DNA from: an uncultured bacterium
GTDB lineage: Bacteria > SAR324 > NAC60-12
Assembly: GCA_964010765.1 (NCBI GenBank)
Contig: CAXGMD010000024.1
Location: 1 to 39,320 of the forward strand
DNA length: 39,320 bases
Direction: 5' to 3'
Shown piece by piece: positions 1-8,600 of this stretch. Each line of letters starts with the position of its first letter. The first letter of the stretch is position 1. A model generated the notes under the pieces. The model saw nothing but the letters and a program-made list of their open reading frames with translations, did no database searches and was not told the origin of the DNA. The position numbers and the translations under genes are program-made.

Positions 1-1
1 C

Positions 2-211
2 TGATAATTGGAAACTGCCGCTACTCAAACCACTGAGAGTGCGGACTGTTGTTTGACTACCTTGAGAACTTAGTGATGGGATACCTGAAGTTGGATCATC
101 GTTGGTTCCATTCTCATACGTTGTAGTAGTCGAACCTCCGCCCGGAGGACTGCAATTGGACAGTAACAGTAGGCTCAATATAAAACCGCTCAATCGCAAA
201 AAAGAACTCAT
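2..211 (-). CDS. Putative lipoprotein, N-terminal part only (runs off the left edge of the window)
   Basis: Not in the ORF track; translated by hand from ATG at 211: MSSFLRLSGFILSLLLLSNCSPPGGGSTTTTYENG... Hydrophobic signal ends in a lipobox-like LSNC. The frame is open to the window edge and starts 15 bp after the glpQ stop. Confidence 0.7.
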   Translation of the reverse strand, partial: MSSFLRLSGFILSLLLLSNCSPPGGGSTTTTYENGTNDDPTSGIPSLSSQGSQTTVRTLSGLSSGSFQLS

Positions 212-226
212 TCTATTCCACTTGTT

Positions 227-1201
227 TTAGGGAAGCTGAAGATATTCCAAGGTGCGAAGATATGTGTTGGCACGATCAGGAAAATCGGTGAAGATGCCAT
301 CAACGTCTGCTTCATAGTAGAAAATGTGCAGCATCTCTTCAAAAGACTGTATATAAGTAGGCAATCCATCCGCCCGCAAGGTATAGGTGTAGACTTTCAG
401 GTCTAGTTCATGGGCATCTTTGACCAATGAACTCAGTTGTGGCGTTCCGGATAAGTACCTTCCTTCTAGCACATGGCCAGCCCAGACCGCAATTCCCTGT
501 ACGTGTTCAGTCAAAGTTTGTAACCCTTCTTTAGTGAGCAGGAACTCATAGTCTGTCTCCTTACTTTCTTGCCAGGAATTCTTCTCAAGCAATTGCAAGA
601 GCGGGAATTCGGTCTTCAGTTCATTGCGTAATCGTTTGACCTCAGGTGCATCAAAGCTTTCGAGAATGATCGGGCAGTTGTTGTCGTTGACAGAGAGATC
701 TTTAAGTACCTCCAGTACTTTTTGGCTAAGATCCCGTCCTTGTTGGTGATGCCAGCCCGGACTCTTGATCTCGATCAGTAGCCCTACTTTCTTGCCAGTT
801 GAGTGATTAAGTCCCTGAATTAGTTGCACTACCTCTGCCAGCGTGGGGATTTCAAAGCGGGAATGGCCTTGAGGGAAACGTCTTGGGAAAGCAGGATTTC
901 CCTGCTGATCACGTCGTTCAGAAACTCGAAGTTGCCGTAGCTCTTCCAAGGAAAAATCTAGCGCATAGCTGAGGTTGTCTTGTCGCTGTCTTCCGGGGAA
1001 ACGCTGATTCACGTCCGTCAAGCGATCCAGATAGGGATCGTGCAAAACAATCGGCTGATCGTCTTGGGAAAGAATCACATCAAGTTCTAGCCAATCGCAA
1101 CCCAGCCCATGCGCCATTGCAAAAGCTGGCAGTGTATTTTCGGGCAGGTATCCGGACGCACCACGGTGGGCAATGACCCACTTCTGCTGACCTAAGGCCA
1201 T
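227..1201 (-). CDS. glpQ: Glycerophosphodiester phosphodiesterase
   Basis: IAHRGASGYLPENT, ELDV, VLHD, IEIK and C-terminal DGIFTDFPD motifs of the GDPD family; GGAG RBS upstream. Confidence 0.93.
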   Translation of the reverse strand: MALGQQKWVIAHRGASGYLPENTLPAFAMAHGLGCDWLELDVILSQDDQPIVLHDPYLDRLTDVNQRFPGRQRQDNLSYALDFSLEELRQLRVSERRDQQGNPAFPRRFPQGHSRFEIPTLAEVVQLIQGLNHSTGKKVGLLIEIKSPGWHHQQGRDLSQKVLEVLKDLSVNDNNCPIILESFDAPEVKRLRNELKTEFPLLQLLEKNSWQESKETDYEFLLTKEGLQTLTEHVQGIAVWAGHVLEGRYLSGTPQLSSLVKDAHELDLKVYTYTLRADGLPTYIQSFEEMLHIFYYEADVDGIFTDFPDRANTYLRTLEYLQLP

Positions 1202-1416
1202 CTTGGTTTACTCCAAGAAATGAAGGTGTTGCAATGAAAGTTACAAAAAACCGATTGCAACACTCTCCGCTCATAAGAGCAAGTGAGGTCTTACGGAACG
1301 ATAATGAACAGGAATATGGGGGCTGCCGTTTTTGCCAAGTCAATCTATAGTGCTTCTGGTCAACGGTTTCGGAGATTTGCTGATTTCGTTTTTGTAAGCT
1401 CTCACTGAGGATAGCC

Positions 1417-1872
1417 ATGCGTGCTTTGATACAGCGTGTTTCGATGAGCCAAGTTCGGGTTGATGGTGTGACTATCGGCCAGATCGAGCAGGGATTGCTT
1501 GTTCTGCTTGGCGTGGCGCCCGATGATGAGCTGGCAGACAGAGATTGGTTGCTGCGCAAGATCCTGAATCTGCGCATTTTTGCTGATGAGGAAGGTCGGA
1601 TGAATCGTTCAGTCACAGATATTCAGGGAGGATTGTTGGTAATCTCACAGTTCACCCTCTTTGGCGATGCAAGCCAAGGGAATCGTCCTTCGTTTATTCG
1701 CTCGGCTCCACCTGAATTTGCTGAATCGGCATACAACGATTTTCTTGAGAAACTTCGCCAGAACTATAGTGGTTCTGTAGCCGCAGGGCGTTTTGCTGCA
1801 GATATGCAGGTTGAACTGATCAACGATGGACCCGTCACTTTGTTGTTGGATTCCAAGCAGAAGAATTTCTGA
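1417..1872 (+). CDS. dtd: D-aminoacyl-tRNA deacylase
   Basis: MRALIQRV start, SQFTL motif, NDGPVT (Gly-cisPro) motif; GAGGA RBS. Confidence 0.97.
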   Translation: MRALIQRVSMSQVRVDGVTIGQIEQGLLVLLGVAPDDELADRDWLLRKILNLRIFADEEGRMNRSVTDIQGGLLVISQFTLFGDASQGNRPSFIRSAPPEFAESAYNDFLEKLRQNYSGSVAAGRFAADMQVELINDGPVTLLLDSKQKNF

Positions 1873-1975
1873 TTCAATTGCTACCAAAGAGGGGGCATGT
1901 TGCTTGCTGCAAGTAGATATATCTAGTCTTTCAAAGTTATAATTCTACAGAAAATCAGATTGTTGAGGTGTTTTT

Positions 1976-2557
1976 ATGAATTTTCAAGCACACCTGCAAG
2001 GCGGGTTGGTTGCGGGCAGCATTGCAGTTGGTGTGGCCTTGGGAACTGGCTATGCGGAATGGCAAAGTGATGCTTTGCAGCGATTTGTGGATCAACCACT
2101 CGATTTTGGACAACCAATTTCGCTATTGTTAAGCTTGTTCGTTACAGCAGTCTTTATGGCTCTGTTTCCCGATCTGGACACGACTTCAGTTCCGCAACGT
2201 TGGTTTTTTCGAGCGATGTTTGTAATGTTGGCGATTCTCTACTTCCAGAACGAGCTGGAGGTTTTCTGTCTGCTCGCCTTTGTTACGCTGTTACCAGTGA
2301 TGCATAAGCATCGGGGTTGGACCCACTGGAAAGTGACTCCATGGTTAGTTGCCTTGTTTCTAGCAATTATTTGGGAGTATTTCCGAGTACAGGACACTTG
2401 GCGGGACCGCTTCTCCTGGGAGAACGTCTGGGATGCATTGCATAGTAGCTGGGCCTTCGTGTTCGCCTGTGTGCTTGGACACTATACCCACTTGTTGCTA
2501 GACTCACGACGGATTCGGTTATTGCCATTCATTCGAAATAAACCTCAGCACCACTAG
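1976..2557 (+). CDS. Membrane-bound metal-dependent hydrolase (YdjM-like)
   Basis: N-terminal His, FPDLD, HRGWTH and GHYTHLLLD motifs; several hydrophobic segments; GAGGTG RBS. Confidence 0.82.
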   Translation: MNFQAHLQGGLVAGSIAVGVALGTGYAEWQSDALQRFVDQPLDFGQPISLLLSLFVTAVFMALFPDLDTTSVPQRWFFRAMFVMLAILYFQNELEVFCLLAFVTLLPVMHKHRGWTHWKVTPWLVALFLAIIWEYFRVQDTWRDRFSWENVWDALHSSWAFVFACVLGHYTHLLLDSRRIRLLPFIRNKPQHH

Positions 2558-2581
2558 CCTGCCATCTCTTGCAAGGCCTCT

Positions 2582-3685
2582 ATGGGCAACATCATCAAGG
2601 TTGATTTTTCGGGGCGTTGGTCTCAATCGCTGGATCAGTTGATTGAACGCCACATCAAGGAAGAGACTTTTCCAGGCATTGAGATTCTCTTTGCTCAAGG
2701 CCCTGAAATTCTGCTCCATAAGACCTGGGGTCGACAGGAAGCGGGTAGTGATAAGCCGATGGGGTTGAATACCGTCTTTGATATCGCTTCCTTAACAAAA
2801 CCAGTAGCGACAACCAGCCTGATCATGCTTTTGCAGGAGCAAGGAATGCTTGATCTGGAAGAGCCAGTGGCAACATTCCTTCCTGGATTTGGTAATGGGA
2901 CAAAATCCAAAATCACTCTGCGCCATTTGCTCACTCACACATCCGGATTACCTGCCTGGGCAAATCTTTATGAGGACTCTGATTCGTTTGAAGTCGCTCG
3001 TCAAAGATTGGTGGATACCAACCAAGAGGCCCCACTTGATCAAAGAGTAATCTATAGTTGTCTGAATTTTCTGTTGTTGGGTCAGATTATAACGGAGGTG
3101 ACGAACAGTAGTCTCAGTCGTTTTTTCCAACATAGCATTAGCGAACCACTCTCACTGGAAAATACGCTCTTTTCTCCAGCGAAGCACTGGAAAAACCTGA
3201 GTGGGATTGCACCTACTCAATATTGCCCATGGCGCAAGCGTCTATTGCGTGGTGTTGTTCATGATGAAAATTGCTATTTCTTTGGTGAAGAAGCAGGCAA
3301 TGCGGGTTTGTTCTCAACAGCATTGGATCTTCATCGCTTCTGCTGCATGCTTTTGAATGAGGGTAGCCTGGATGGAGTCACGATCCTCTCTCCGTCTTCT
3401 GTGCAGCAAATGGTCAGCAACCAAAACCAACCACCACTGAGCACCCGTGGATTGGGTTGGGACTTCAAGGATGTCGTTCCTGGATATTGGAGTTGTGGAT
3501 TTCTGTTCCCTCCTGGAGCAGTTGGGCACACCGGTTTTACAGGAACCTCAATCTGGTTTGATCCCCTCAATCAATGGATTGCGATTGTACTGACGAACCG
3601 GGTTCATCTCTCGCGAGATGGGAATCTGGCAGCAATGCATCAGTTCCGTCCACGACTGCACAATTTGTTGCTCTCTATGGTCTGA
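2582..3685 (+). CDS. Serine hydrolase, beta-lactamase/AmpC-like family
   Basis: SxxK (ASLTK), LLTHTSGL, YSC in place of YxN, VHDEN, GLFST, GHTGFTG, LTNR; no signal peptide. Confidence 0.9.
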   Translation: MGNIIKVDFSGRWSQSLDQLIERHIKEETFPGIEILFAQGPEILLHKTWGRQEAGSDKPMGLNTVFDIASLTKPVATTSLIMLLQEQGMLDLEEPVATFLPGFGNGTKSKITLRHLLTHTSGLPAWANLYEDSDSFEVARQRLVDTNQEAPLDQRVIYSCLNFLLLGQIITEVTNSSLSRFFQHSISEPLSLENTLFSPAKHWKNLSGIAPTQYCPWRKRLLRGVVHDENCYFFGEEAGNAGLFSTALDLHRFCCMLLNEGSLDGVTILSPSSVQQMVSNQNQPPLSTRGLGWDFKDVVPGYWSCGFLFPPGAVGHTGFTGTSIWFDPLNQWIAIVLTNRVHLSRDGNLAAMHQFRPRLHNLLLSMV

Positions 3686-3687
3686 CC

Positions 3688-3751
3688 AAAAAAACGTGAG
3701 AAAAAAAACATAAAAATATCTTTGCTTCCTGCAACCTTAATCTGCTAGTCT
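3688..3751 (+). promoter_or_regulatory. Candidate sigma70 promoter with upstream A-tracts (UP-element-like)
   Basis: A7/A8/A5 tracts at 3688-3716, TTGCTT at 3722-3727, 18-bp spacer, TGn-extended TAGTCT at 3746-3751. Confidence 0.4.
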
Positions 3752-3793
3752 ATTTCCTGAACATTGTCTTGCTGAATCCTCGCAGGAAAGCTT

Positions 3794-4198
3794 ATGCACA
3801 AAGCAGGTCGGCCCTTGCTAACCAGTAGTCAACTAGCGGAACAGGTTTCTAACTCCCAATCACTGGAAGCAAACCTTGAGGGTGCGATCCTCGAATACGC
3901 CATCAATACCTTTCCCTTCGCTGACTCCTTCGATTACTTCCCCGGACTAGAAAATGCAGACTTCCGCGAGACCCTTACAGAAATGATCACCAATGGTGGT
4001 CTCAAAGTGGGCTTTTACTATGAAGAGATGCAGGAGAGCTTAACACTTTTCTACTTCCTGAAGGTACGGAACCAGGCTCACATCGTACTCGGCCTGGATC
4101 CAGAAAATGTTCAGGTTGCTATAAATGACGACATTGACGGTGTCTTTCGCATTGATGAGGAGCAGTACATTGAGCTTCTACAAATCCCACTAAGTTGA
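3794..4198 (+). CDS. Hypothetical acidic protein
   Basis: 134-aa ORF with AGGA RBS fills the gap between genes; no family recognised. Confidence 0.7.
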   Translation: MHKAGRPLLTSSQLAEQVSNSQSLEANLEGAILEYAINTFPFADSFDYFPGLENADFRETLTEMITNGGLKVGFYYEEMQESLTLFYFLKVRNQAHIVLGLDPENVQVAINDDIDGVFRIDEEQYIELLQIPLS

Positions 4199-4234
4199 AT
4201 TCACTCACCATCTATCAAACCCCTCTTTCAAACT

Positions 4235-4591
4235 TTGAAAAGCATGTTGCGAAATCCGCTGGGACGTTTTCGCCTGATTGCTCAGGTTGAGGGTGCTTCC
4301 TACATCTTGCTTGTTTTCATTGCAATGCCCTTGAAATATGGAATTGGCTGGGATTTGGCTGTTCGATATCTTGGCATGGCTCATGGTGTATTGTTCATCG
4401 CATACTGCTTGGCTCTTGTAATCACACGCAATGTGGTTCCATGGAGTTTTCCAAGAGTGATCGTTCTCTTCGTCGTTTCACTAGTCCCCTTTGGTACCAT
4501 TTGGGCAGATCGTCGCCTTAAAGAAGAGGAAACCGAGTTATTCGGCAATCCAACCTCGTCAGCAGCAAATCCTGCGGCCTCCGAGGCTTAG
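4235..4591 (+). CDS. DUF3817 family membrane protein
   Basis: RFR..A..EG.S, AMPLKY, GMAHGVLF and VPFGT motifs. True start may be ATG 4244. Confidence 0.85.
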   Translation: MKSMLRNPLGRFRLIAQVEGASYILLVFIAMPLKYGIGWDLAVRYLGMAHGVLFIAYCLALVITRNVVPWSFPRVIVLFVVSLVPFGTIWADRRLKEEETELFGNPTSSAANPAASEA

Positions 4592-4605
4592 ATCCACAAT
4601 TGACC

Positions 4606-5529
4606 TTACTGCCATCCATATCGCCTTTTTCTCCAAGACCAATAGCTTGGCCTGTTGAAATTCCACCAAAGAAAATCTCTCGGTTCCCAAACAGTTTGGC
4701 TGATGGACGCTAAGCGAGCAATACGCTCCGAGGTGGCTGGATGACTTCGGAGCAGAGTAGTTCCTGATGGATGAACTGGTGCAGAACTACCTGGATTAAT
4801 TTTAGTCAAGGCCTGTATCAGAGCTTGAGGGTCACCTGTCAAGCGCGCTGCTCCCAAATCTGCTTGAAACTCCCTAGTTCGTGAAAGCCCCGCTTGGAGG
4901 AGTAAACTTAGCCATGGAGCCACTATCACCAACAACAACCATGACCACGGAACTGGCTGTCCATACAACCAGGACAGAGGCAGACTGAATAAAATCAAAG
5001 CAATTCCAAACCAAGCCAACCAGTGAATCAGCCGTCCAACAATACTTGATAGCATCATGACGGAAACGTCATGATGCTGAAGATGTGTCATTTCGTGGGC
5101 TAGGACAGCCCGAATCTCTTGATAACTCAGAGTTCGTAACAATCCGTCAGTCACTGCTATGGCACCATCCTGACGATTTCCAACCGCAAAAGCATTGAGC
5201 GCAGAACTTGGAACATAATAGAGCGCTGGGGATCGAACTAAACCAGCCCTTTTGGCCAAGTCCTTTTGTATTTGATATAGCTGAGGCAGTTCCTCTGTTC
5301 TTAACAAACGTCCTTGATGCCAACGCATCAAAACAGCTGGAGACAGCCGGGGTAGGAACCATAGGGTTAGCAGAACAGTACCAGTGGCGAAAGCAATCCC
5401 GAGTGTTCCTGCCAATAGCCAGCCCAGCAGGCTGAGCAGGCCTGTTAAGGTTCCCAGTTGTAGTATTGATTGTGCAGTGTTCCACCATTGATGGCTCTCT
5501 ACTGCTTTTTTCCTCAAAATTGTTTTCAT
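4606..5529 (-). CDS. htpX: Zinc metalloprotease HtpX (M48 family)
   Basis: NAFAVG, AVTDGLL, HEXXH (AHEMTH), SRTREFQAD, SHP..ERI; transmembrane segments. Confidence 0.92.
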   Translation of the reverse strand: MKTILRKKAVESHQWWNTAQSILQLGTLTGLLSLLGWLLAGTLGIAFATGTVLLTLWFLPRLSPAVLMRWHQGRLLRTEELPQLYQIQKDLAKRAGLVRSPALYYVPSSALNAFAVGNRQDGAIAVTDGLLRTLSYQEIRAVLAHEMTHLQHHDVSVMMLSSIVGRLIHWLAWFGIALILFSLPLSWLYGQPVPWSWLLLVIVAPWLSLLLQAGLSRTREFQADLGAARLTGDPQALIQALTKINPGSSAPVHPSGTTLLRSHPATSERIARLASISQTVWEPRDFLWWNFNRPSYWSWRKRRYGWQ

Positions 5530-5539
5530 GTCTTAATTA

Positions 5540-5566
5540 TTAGCACTCGTTTTTAGTGAGTGCTAA
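5540..5566. promoter_or_regulatory. CIRCE element (HrcA operator) upstream of htpX
   Basis: Exact TTAGCACTC-N9(gtttttagt)-GAGTGCTAA. The inverted repeat extends to 14-bp arms (5535-5571). It lies 10 bp upstream of the htpX ATG. Confidence 0.95.
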
Positions 5567-5567
5567 T

Positions 5568-5595
5568 AATTTAACAGATATATTACGCAAAGCAA
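5568..5595 (-). promoter_or_regulatory. Candidate sigma70 promoter for htpX
   Basis: Minus strand reads TTGCTT (5595-5590), 16 bp, TGn-TAAATT (5573-5568), immediately upstream of the CIRCE. Confidence 0.5.
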
Positions 5596-5626
5596 ATAGA
5601 AATTAGGGTGAGTGATTATCTCACCC
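5595..5626 (-). terminator. Intrinsic terminator after the RND operon
   Basis: 7-bp stem GGGTGAG/CTCACCC (5606-5626) with a 7-nt loop, followed on the minus strand by the T-rich TAATTTCTATTT. Confidence 0.6.
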
Positions 5627-5636
5627 CAGCCAAAAA

Positions 5637-8600
5637 TCAGGCTTCTACCGTCTCCTTATTTTTCGCTTTTGTATCTTCCTCTTCTTCGTCATCAAGGTCT
5701 ACAAAGTAAACGGGTTGACTCATTGGAGAACGAGACAAGGGAGAGAGTTCTTCTTCGTTATCTGCAGTGTCTTCTTCCATCGAGAGAATGTTTTGCGGGG
5801 CCTCATACTCTTCGTCATCGGGCTCAGCATCCAGGTCCACAAACATAGAAGATTGGTTCATGCTTGACTGAGACAGTGGAGACAACTCCTCCTCATTCGC
5901 TGGCTCAATCTCTTCAATAACAGAAACAATCTTATCCGTGTCCTCGTAGTCAATTTCATCAGGTTCGGCATCCAAGTCTACGAACATTGTAGATTGACTT
6001 ATGGTTGCTTGAGACAGTGGAGACAACTCCTCCTCATTCGTTGGCTCTGTCTCTTCTATAACGGAAACGATCTTGTCCGTATCCTCGTAGTCAATTTCAT
6101 CAGGTTCGGCATCTAAGTCTACAAACATGGAAGATTGGTTGATCGAAGGCTGCGATAACGGAGACAGCAACTCTTCATTGCCACTTGCATCCCCTCCAAC
6201 AATTCCTAAGGGGGATCCTGTGGAGATCGTTGCCAGAGACCCTGGATGCACTAGGGATGATTTTTTGTCAGTTTTGGCCGTATTTAACGGATTTGAGGGC
6301 TCATCGTCATCGGGCGAAATGTTCGTTACAGCCTGACTCACAGTAGAGCGTGACAGAGGAGACATTTCCAAATTCTTTTCTTCACTGAGATTTCTTTGAT
6401 TCCCCACCAAAGGTGAATCAAAGTCTTCTGTCGAAACATCACCAAAGATAGTTTCTGACGGTTGAATCGGTGCCGCAGCCTTTGGAGGGAGAGGCTCGGT
6501 TCCATGAAACAACCAGTACCAAGCTCTTGAGAAGTCATGGAGAATCAGATAGTTGACAGGAATAATTATTAGCGTTGTGAACGTAGCGAATAAGACACCG
6601 TATCCCAGTGAAACAGCCATAGGAATCAGGAATTGAGCTTGAGTGCTCTTGTCAAAAATAATTGGTGTCAAGCCTGCAAAAGTAGTGAGAGACGTAAGCA
6701 AAACAGGGCGGAAGCGAGCGACTCCAGCCACCTTGATCGCTTCTTGTACGCTCATACCTTCTTCTCGTTGCTGACGATTAATGTAGTCCACCAGGACCAG
6801 ACTGCTGTTCACTACGACTCCTGTTAAAGCCAACATCCCCATCAAACTCATGATTGTTAAATCGAGATCCATTATCCAGTGACCAATCACGGCTCCAATC
6901 GCTCCAAAGGGAATCGCCGTCATCACAATTAGTGGTTGCAGATAGGAGCGGAAAGGGATGGCCAGTAAGGCATAAATCGCGAACAAGACACCAGCTAGCC
7001 CAAAAATCAGAGTATTGAAGGAGTCTCTTTGTTCTCGTGCTTCTCCTTCAAGAGAATACTTGACGTTAGGATAGAAGCGGGTCGTTTCCTGGAGGAAAAT
7101 CTCCAAGTCGCTCTTGATGGCCTCCAGGTTGGCCTGTTGCTTATTAGCATCTGCCGTAACGTTCATCGTTCTGTTCCGATCAATGCGTGTGATCGCTGCC
7201 GGGGTTCTGCCAGGTTCCAGGCTCGCAACTTCGGCAAAAGGAACGGCCACACCTCCTGGCGTTCGGATCGTCATATTTTGAAGGGAGGCGAGGGTCGCTC
7301 GTTCTTGCTCCGGATAGCGTAAGATGACATTCACTTCATCACGACCACGCTGAATTCGTTGAACGGTAATTCCAAAAAAGCCCTCTCGTACCTGACGTGC
7401 CAAGTTATCCAACCGAACTCCGAGAGTTTCAGCAGCTGGCAGTAGGCGCAACTGTAGTTCTTCCTTGCCATTAGACATACTGTCTTCGATATCGAAGACG
7501 TTCGGATAGGTACCGAGCTTGGTCTTCAATTGATCAGCGACAGCCTGTAATTCCTCAAAATTACTGCCAGAGAGTTGGATGTCAATCGGGCTGGAAGTTC
7601 TTCCAAATTCCGCTCGAAAATTCAGGCTTTCTGCACCTGGTAAGGGGCCGATCATTTTTCGCCACTCACGAACCAGATCGTTCGTAGTCACGTCAATTTT
7701 ACGTTTTTCGGGTGCCTCAACCTCAAAAAAGACTCGACCACGGTTACTTTGACCTGACGAACTTCCTCCGGTAGTACCACTGTTAGAGAGAATATTGATC
7801 ACCACACTTTGCCCAGTTTCCGGATCCCTATATTTATCCTGAAGCTGAAGCGCAGCATCGGTCATTCGATCAACGTAAGCTGAGGTTGTCACAAAAGGAG
7901 TCCCAGCTGGCATCACCAGGGTTGCACGTGCGACTTCACTTTGAATGCGTGGAAAAAAAATCCAGCGCATCCAACCACTCATGATCAGCGCTGTCAATAG
8001 TGCACCACCCACGCAAAAGATGGCTACCGTCAGGTAGCGTTCCGATAGAGAAAGATTGAGGACTGGGCGATAAATGCGGAAGATGAAAGTTTCTAGACCA
8101 TCTGCAAACCAGCGTTGAATTCTTGAAATGTGGCGTAGAATGGGCCCTTCGTGATCCAGGCGAATACCAGAAAGGTGTGCTGGGAGGATCCATTTGGATT
8201 CAATCAAAGAAAAGAGCAACACGGGAATCACAATCATCGGGATTTGTGAGAAGATTGCTCCTCGTACTCCTTCCACCATCAATAGTGGGACAAAGGCCAC
8301 CATGGTTGTCAGGACTCCAAAGGTCACCGGAACAGCCACTTCTACTGTTCCTTTCTCTGCTGCCACTTGAGGCGAGGCTCCACGACGTAGATGGCTGTAG
8401 ACGTTCTCTCCAGTCACAATCGCGTCATCCACCACAATGCCCAACACCAGGATGTAGGCAAACAAGCTGATGGTGTTCAGGGTGACTCCAAGTTCTGGCA
8501 TCAACAACGCACTCCCCATGAAACTTACTGGAATCCCTATGCAAACCCAAAAGGCGACAGAGGGATGGAGGAATAATCCCAGTAGGAGCAAAACAAGCAT

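Noticed and set aside
1080..1616. 178-aa minus-strand ORF and the many other short ORFs overlapping assigned genes
   Set aside because: They overlap well-supported genes (here dtd and glpQ), show no recognisable motifs and look like shadow frames.
2582..3685. Calling this or the 28103-29626 gene a true beta-lactam resistance gene
   Set aside because: SxxK-family motifs are shared with esterases and peptidases; nothing in the sequence indicates antibiotic specificity.
5672..6179. Regularly spaced repeats as a possible CRISPR array
   Set aside because: The period is 138-141 bp, the whole unit repeats without unique spacers, it is in frame within the RND gene, and no cas genes are present.
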